A stretch of DNA of 64,000 bases, taken from the NCBI RefSeq assembly GCF_006345805.1, contig NC_043019.1:12151360-12215359 (forward strand), read 5' to 3'. The notes under the pieces were generated by a model. That model was given only the letters and a program-made list of their open reading frames with translations, was not told the DNA's origin and did not search any database. The DNA is from Octopus sinensis. Its lineage: Eukaryota. A program made the position numbers and the translations under genes. Positions 61,662 through 64,000 of this stretch are shown here, piece by piece. Within the stretch, counting starts at the first letter, position 1. Each line of letters opens with the position of its first letter.

Positions 61662-63062
61662 CATAGCTCTTCAGCTTGTAACTAACATGTGTCGGCACTT
61701 TAGTTAAAAGCTGAAGAGCTTTGGGTTTATATAATGTATGTATATGTTTGCCCGAACCACCACTGCTTGTCACCAGGTGTTGGTATGTTTACATCCCCCA
61801 GAGCAGTTTGGCCATGCTGGGGCACCACCTTGAAGAGTTTACTTGATCAAACCATCCCCAATACTTATTTTAACCGCCTCTTTTGCCACGGTTAAAATAA
61901 GTATTGGGGATGGTTTGATCAAGGAAACCCTTCAAAGCGGTGCCCCAGCATGGCCACAGCCTAATGAATGAAACAAAAGATAAAAAAAAGCTACTTACCT
62001 TCTTTTCTTCTTTTGCTTTTTTGCCCTCATTGATGAATTCTTGCTTTTTAGCAAAACCTTCCATCTGCATCTTGTGCACTTTCATACGTTCTTCCATTGC
62101 CTTCTTACCCAATTCTCTGCAATTGTTAAAATAAGATGCACAGTAAGTTTCAGTCTTCAGTTTCTCTCTCTTTCTTCTGTTGGCCTGCTGGCTTAGCCAG
62201 AGGGGTGGCGTCATTTAAAGGCTAAAACAATGCGAAGCACATTGTGACCAGTGATGTGTAGCAACATCTGATAGCCTGGTCGGTCACAGTGATCACAGTG
62301 ATATATATATATAGTTCAAAATTGTACAAAAAACAAACAGTGTTCGATGTTCTGTAAGAGTGTGTATATATCGATATCGACTGTTCTCGAACATTCACAG
62401 TTTGAGTATTCAGTGTTTTTCAACACTCGTCTTAAAGAGACATTTCCCCTGGTAGTATTCCACTGCTCAGGAACACATAAAATACAGTGTATGGTATCAA
62501 TAATGTGCGTGTGGGTATGTTTAGGCTGGTCTTGTTTTGACATCTTGTGATTGTTGGAAAAGAATATCATTCATTTCCAAGATTCTACAAAAACATGCCT
62601 GGACCATGGGGTGGGGGGGGAATCACCTTACTTGGAAACAGGGGAGTGTTGGCGATAAGATGGACATCCACTCAAAGAAAATCTGCCTCATGTTCCATCC
62701 AACACATGCCAGCATGGAAAAGCAAACATTAAAACGAGATGTGTGTGTGTGTATGTCATCGTCATTTAATGTCCATTCTCCATGCTGGTATGGGTTGTAT
62801 GGTTTGACCAGAGCTGGCAAGCAGAAGAGCTGAACTTAGGAAGGGCATCAAGCCGCAGACCACTAACACCAGCCACTTTACAGTGGTGTGGGCTGGGTGC
62901 TTTTTATGTGATGCTATAACAAAAAGCAGAAAGAGAAATGAGAAAAACAATTAAGACTGACAAAGAAGCAAATTGAAAGACAATGAAACAACAATATAAC
63001 TTACATGCATTTATTAGGACAAGAGATGATTTCTGAGAATTCATCAGTTCCATCACAGCAAT
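21753..63062 (-). CDS. PRKCSH: Glucosidase II subunit beta (PRKCSH), 5'-partial, 13 exons, 1436 coding nt in window
   Basis: Exons join in one open frame: DCCDGTDE Cys motif, coiled coil, EF-hand-like ELDSDGNQ and DIDSDGTVSDDEA, acidic linker, MPDYDQET, MRH domain (GKCFEYTDREYTYSFCPF, WGHW, GQNCWNGPDRS, EPSRCEY) and C-terminal RDEL. All sites are GT-AG and all phases match. Confidence 0.97.
21949..22365 (+). mobile_element. SINE family A copy about 55 nt from the last PRKCSH acceptor
   Basis: Full head to tail; other copies near 24270-24667 (-), 26805-27175 (+), 29480-29840 (+), 31755-32123 (-), 33335-33780 (+), 40880-41270 (+), 46725-47180 (+), 49790-50255 (+), 54118-54525 (+), 60155-60545 (+). 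Confidence 0.85.
24733..25005 (+). mobile_element. RTE-type 3' tail ending in (GAT)n
   Basis: GGTTGGTGTTAGGAAGG(C)ATCCAGC..CCCATGCTAGCATGGAAA..(GAT)n; other copies near 11665-11845, 36795-37030 (-), 42284-42680 (-), 43570-43985 (+, two in tandem). Confidence 0.7.
26196..26554 (-). mobile_element. tRNA-headed SINE (head A + tail Y), 11-bp TSD
   Basis: Head like 19271, tail like 43238 and 58494; TSD CCCCCAGGGAT at 26185-26195 and 26555-26565. Confidence 0.8.
27233..27332 (-). CDS. PRKCSH: PRKCSH exon, 100 nt (MRH domain)
   Basis: (G)HWGHWDGVAPDIYKSQKYDKGQNCWNGPDRSVK; acceptor tttgtttag, donor gtgagg. Confidence 0.95.
27895..28059 (-). CDS. PRKCSH: PRKCSH exon, 165 nt (MRH domain start)
   Basis: DVKKILDLDLGPDNEFYSLYGKCFEYTDREYTYSFCPFDRASQRSKSGGIETSL; acceptor ctctttgcag, donor gtaagt. 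Confidence 0.95.
28903..28972 (-). CDS. PRKCSH: PRKCSH exon, 70 nt
   Basis: (A)ADQARSKYHDADKKVRELEKDI; acceptor cattatacag, donor gtgagt. Confidence 0.92.
29095..29330 (-). mobile_element. Solo Penelope-type terminal repeat
   Basis: Reverse-complement homolog of 4780-4965 (CAGTCACCATGAT..CCTTTCTGTAGAAGAGCGTAGGCTCGAAACGTAAAAGAC..CCTGAGCGT). Confidence 0.6.
33823..33931 (-). CDS. PRKCSH: PRKCSH exon, 109 nt
   Basis: PLPTEDEAKKKTEEGKDKETQPQMPDYDQETKSLIE (compare human MPPYDEQT); acceptor ttgttgttgtag, donor gtcagt. Confidence 0.92.
38174..38640 (+). mobile_element. Non-LTR retrotransposon (RTE/RTE-X-like) RT fragment, pseudogenised
   Basis: GVHQGSVLSPLLFIIV, YTDD (degenerate YADD), GLRVNLAKTKVL, then Cys-rich CTQCKLWTHKRC; frameshift and stop present. 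Confidence 0.85.
39885..39989 (-). CDS. PRKCSH: PRKCSH exon, 105 nt, phase 0 to 0 (acidic; possible cassette exon)
   Basis: APSSPGSHFGDLDDEDDEEEEKSDTDYDRDFEETV; donor gtaagt, weak acceptor ccccgaccattgtag; in frame with both neighbours. Confidence 0.72.
41530..43020 (+). mobile_element. Decayed mariner with TIRs, interrupted by SINE E and RTE tails
   Basis: TIR-like GGTAGTATCAAAAAGTTC / GAACTTTTTGATACCACC; IIFCAKLEKSATET and YSPDLAPVDFRLFPKMK motifs. Confidence 0.8.
41570..41853 (-). mobile_element. tRNA-headed SINE family E with (AAT)n spacer and hammerhead-like tail
   Basis: A box TGGCATAATGG, B box GAGTTCGATTCC, (AAT)n, then CTGATGAAGGCT..AGCTGAAAC; fragments also at 52055-52260. Confidence 0.7.
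43238..43555 (+). mobile_element. tRNA-headed SINE family D (head B + tail Y)
   Basis: GTCCTTGAGCAAGACACTTT centre; related copies near 58494-58815, 61200-61425 and 55449-55773 (different tail). Confidence 0.75.
45294..45933. repeat. 34-bp minisatellite, about 19 units
   Basis: GTCAAGAGGTCGAGCTGAGCAGCAAGAGCCGAGT head-to-tail with no spacers. Confidence 0.95.
46908..47127. mobile_element. piggyBac-like MITE inserted at TTAA inside a SINE A copy
   Basis: TTAA-CCCTTTAG...CTAAAGGG-TTAA; SINE sequence resumes on both sides; relatives at 47306-47526 and 53223-53418. Confidence 0.8.
47191..47860. mobile_element. hAT-like MITE hosting two nested MITEs
   Basis: Ends CAATGTTTCTCAAC / GTTGAAAACCACTG; flanks ACGTATAC / ATGTGTAC (degenerate 8-bp TSD). 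Confidence 0.65.
47549..47746. mobile_element. Tc1/mariner-like MITE, TA TSD
   Basis: 23-bp TIR CAGGGTGATTGAAAAGTAACTCC (2 mismatches), TA on both sides. Confidence 0.8.
50455..50830 (-). mobile_element. CR1-type LINE 3' end
   Basis: Translates as NTRGHIYKLRKQHSSHDFRKHFFTLRVAEAWNKLPASVV, a typical CR1 ORF2 C-terminus; short homologous tail at 20660-20755 (+). Confidence 0.8.
51313..51588 (-). CDS. PRKCSH: PRKCSH exon, 276 nt (acidic/Pro-rich linker)
   Basis: EYMEEATDASYDHFVEKMWPNIKEIY...DEDSDEDADEDDEPTPEESVDGQVQ; acceptor ctgtctag, donor gtaagc. Confidence 0.92.
52690..53030. repeat. Polypurine G-rich minisatellite (about 23-bp unit)
   Basis: GAGGGGTAGGAGAGGGGAGAGAT reiterated. Confidence 0.9.
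53504..53906 (+). mobile_element. Non-autonomous Helitron/Helentron-like (DINE-1/HINE-type) element
   Basis: 5' ACTAGC..CCCG-GCGTTGCT-CGGG hairpin, internal duplication, 3' TTTTATATATAAAGAT; no TIR or TSD. Confidence 0.5.
53978..54056 (-). CDS. PRKCSH: PRKCSH exon, 79 nt (EF-hand-like)
   Basis: (L)VSVDELKSHSEFDIDSDGTVSDDEAK; acceptor ttttcctag, donor gtaaga. Confidence 0.93.
54527..55232 (+). mobile_element. Decayed mariner transposase (DD34D C-terminal half)
   Basis: VHHFEPETKR, MASVFWDAKG, TINGEYYANLL, LFHQDYAPA, PDLAPSDYHLL motifs with stops and shifts. Confidence 0.88.
55829..55913 (-). CDS. PRKCSH: PRKCSH exon, 85 nt
   Basis: (E)EKKKLQKEKEITIAKDAFTELDSDGNQ; acceptor tttttag, donor gtaagt. 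Confidence 0.92.
57622..58302. mobile_element. piggyBac-like MITE with five tandem right ends
   Basis: One left end TTAA-CCCTTTTGTTACC; right ends GGTAA(C/T)GAAAGGG-TTAA (first and fourth read GATAAC) ending at 57841, 57944, 58071, 58198 and 58302. Confidence 0.75.
58862..58927 (-). CDS. PRKCSH: PRKCSH exon, 66 nt
   Basis: (A)EKNSAEGPEKLAKDTHENAWE; acceptor tgtcttcag, donor gtaagt; phase 1 to 1. Confidence 0.9.
61064..61127 (-). CDS. PRKCSH: PRKCSH exon, 64 nt
   Basis: SKLIELEALKIAAEQHKTEME; acceptor ttttatatag, donor gtaata; phase 0 to 1. Confidence 0.88.
61999..62116 (-). CDS. PRKCSH: PRKCSH exon, 118 nt
   Basis: ELGKKAMEERMKVHKMQMEGFAKKQEFINEGKKAKEEKK; acceptor ttgcag, donor gtaagt. Confidence 0.93.
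63005..63062 (-). CDS. PRKCSH: PRKCSH exon, 58 nt
   Basis: (D)CCDGTDEFSEIISCPNKC(I); acceptor tttttaatcag, donor gtaagt. Confidence 0.93.
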
Positions 63063-64000
63063 CTGATTAAAAAGATAAACATCTTTAGATAACAATAACA
63101 TTAACAAAATCCATCTAAAGAAGGAAAATGATCCTAAGTGTCCAAGGTACTCATCCCACTTAACACCGGTACGTTACCCAAATTGTAAAATAGGAAGTGA
63201 CCAGCACTAACCCCACCACTCTGCTATCTCATCCCAACTAAATTTCTAGTGAATCAGGTAGCTGACACATTGACCACTCAACCTGGTAGAATTGAAGCCA
63301 AATATCCCTCTATTTACACACCCACTGTCTTAAAAATATGGAAGCATTAGATAATGTAGTTCCGATTAGGGAATCTTTGGTCACGAGTTAAAGGTTTTTG
63401 GTCATCATTGGTTTGCTGGATCAAATCTAAATCAGGGATCAACAACAAGGCTTTCTTATACTGAGACAAGAGCCAACACTTGTAAAGGTTTTTTTTTCTT
63501 CTATTCTAGGCACAAGGCCCGAAATTTTGGGGGAGGGGACCAGTCGATTAAATCAACCCCAGTACGAAACTGGTACTTCATTTATCGACCCCGAAAGGAT
63601 GAAAGGCAAAGTTGACCACAGCAGAATTTGAACTCAGAACGTCAAGACAGGCGAAATACCGTTAAGCATTTCATCCAGCGTGCTAACGTTTCTAGTCTTA
63701 ATTTGTATTGACCCTTTAACACTAGATCATGTCTTATTTCACTGACCCCAAGTGGAAACAGAATCAAAACTTAGAATGTAGAGGGGAAAAGTATTGTTAC
63801 GTAGTTAAGATTGCTTCTCAACCATGTTTTGTGGCTCAATCCCTCAAGGACCCTTAAATATATATCTCTTGGGATAGCCTCATGTTGCCCCCAAGGCTAT
63901 AAGTGAAGCTGGTGGACAGTAAATCTTTTGGTACTGTAGATTTTATCTGTCGGCTAGTTTAACAGCATCACCTCCCTTGGAAGTCTTCAGGAGAAATCAC

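Overview
Eukaryotic, AT-rich, repeat-dense genomic DNA. The SINE repertoire and microsatellite-packed introns suggest a cephalopod, probably Octopus (inference). Two spliced protein-coding genes were reconstructed by hand from GT-AG signals and frame continuity. (1) On +, three internal exons of an SLC35E1-like nucleotide-sugar/triose-phosphate-family transporter (4123-4193, 6215-6352, 10775-10903); I found no downstream exons, and a 100-N gap lies at 13909-14008. (2) On -, 13 consecutive exons of PRKCSH (glucosidase II beta) from 63062 down to the stop at 21753, ending RDEL; its 5' exons lie beyond the window. Almost all ORF-track entries are SINE or microsatellite artefacts. Introns hold several tRNA-derived SINE families, RTE/CR1/Penelope fragments, mariner fossils and MITEs (piggyBac-, hAT-, Tc1-, Merlin- and Helitron-like). 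The most notable signals are three minimal hammerhead-ribozyme-shaped motifs of Penelope type, each sense to its host pre-mRNA, and many long fold-back hairpins and inverted SINE pairs (candidate ADAR substrates). Also notable are a micro-exon candidate and promoter-like island flanking the gap, and SINEs with swapped head and tail modules.
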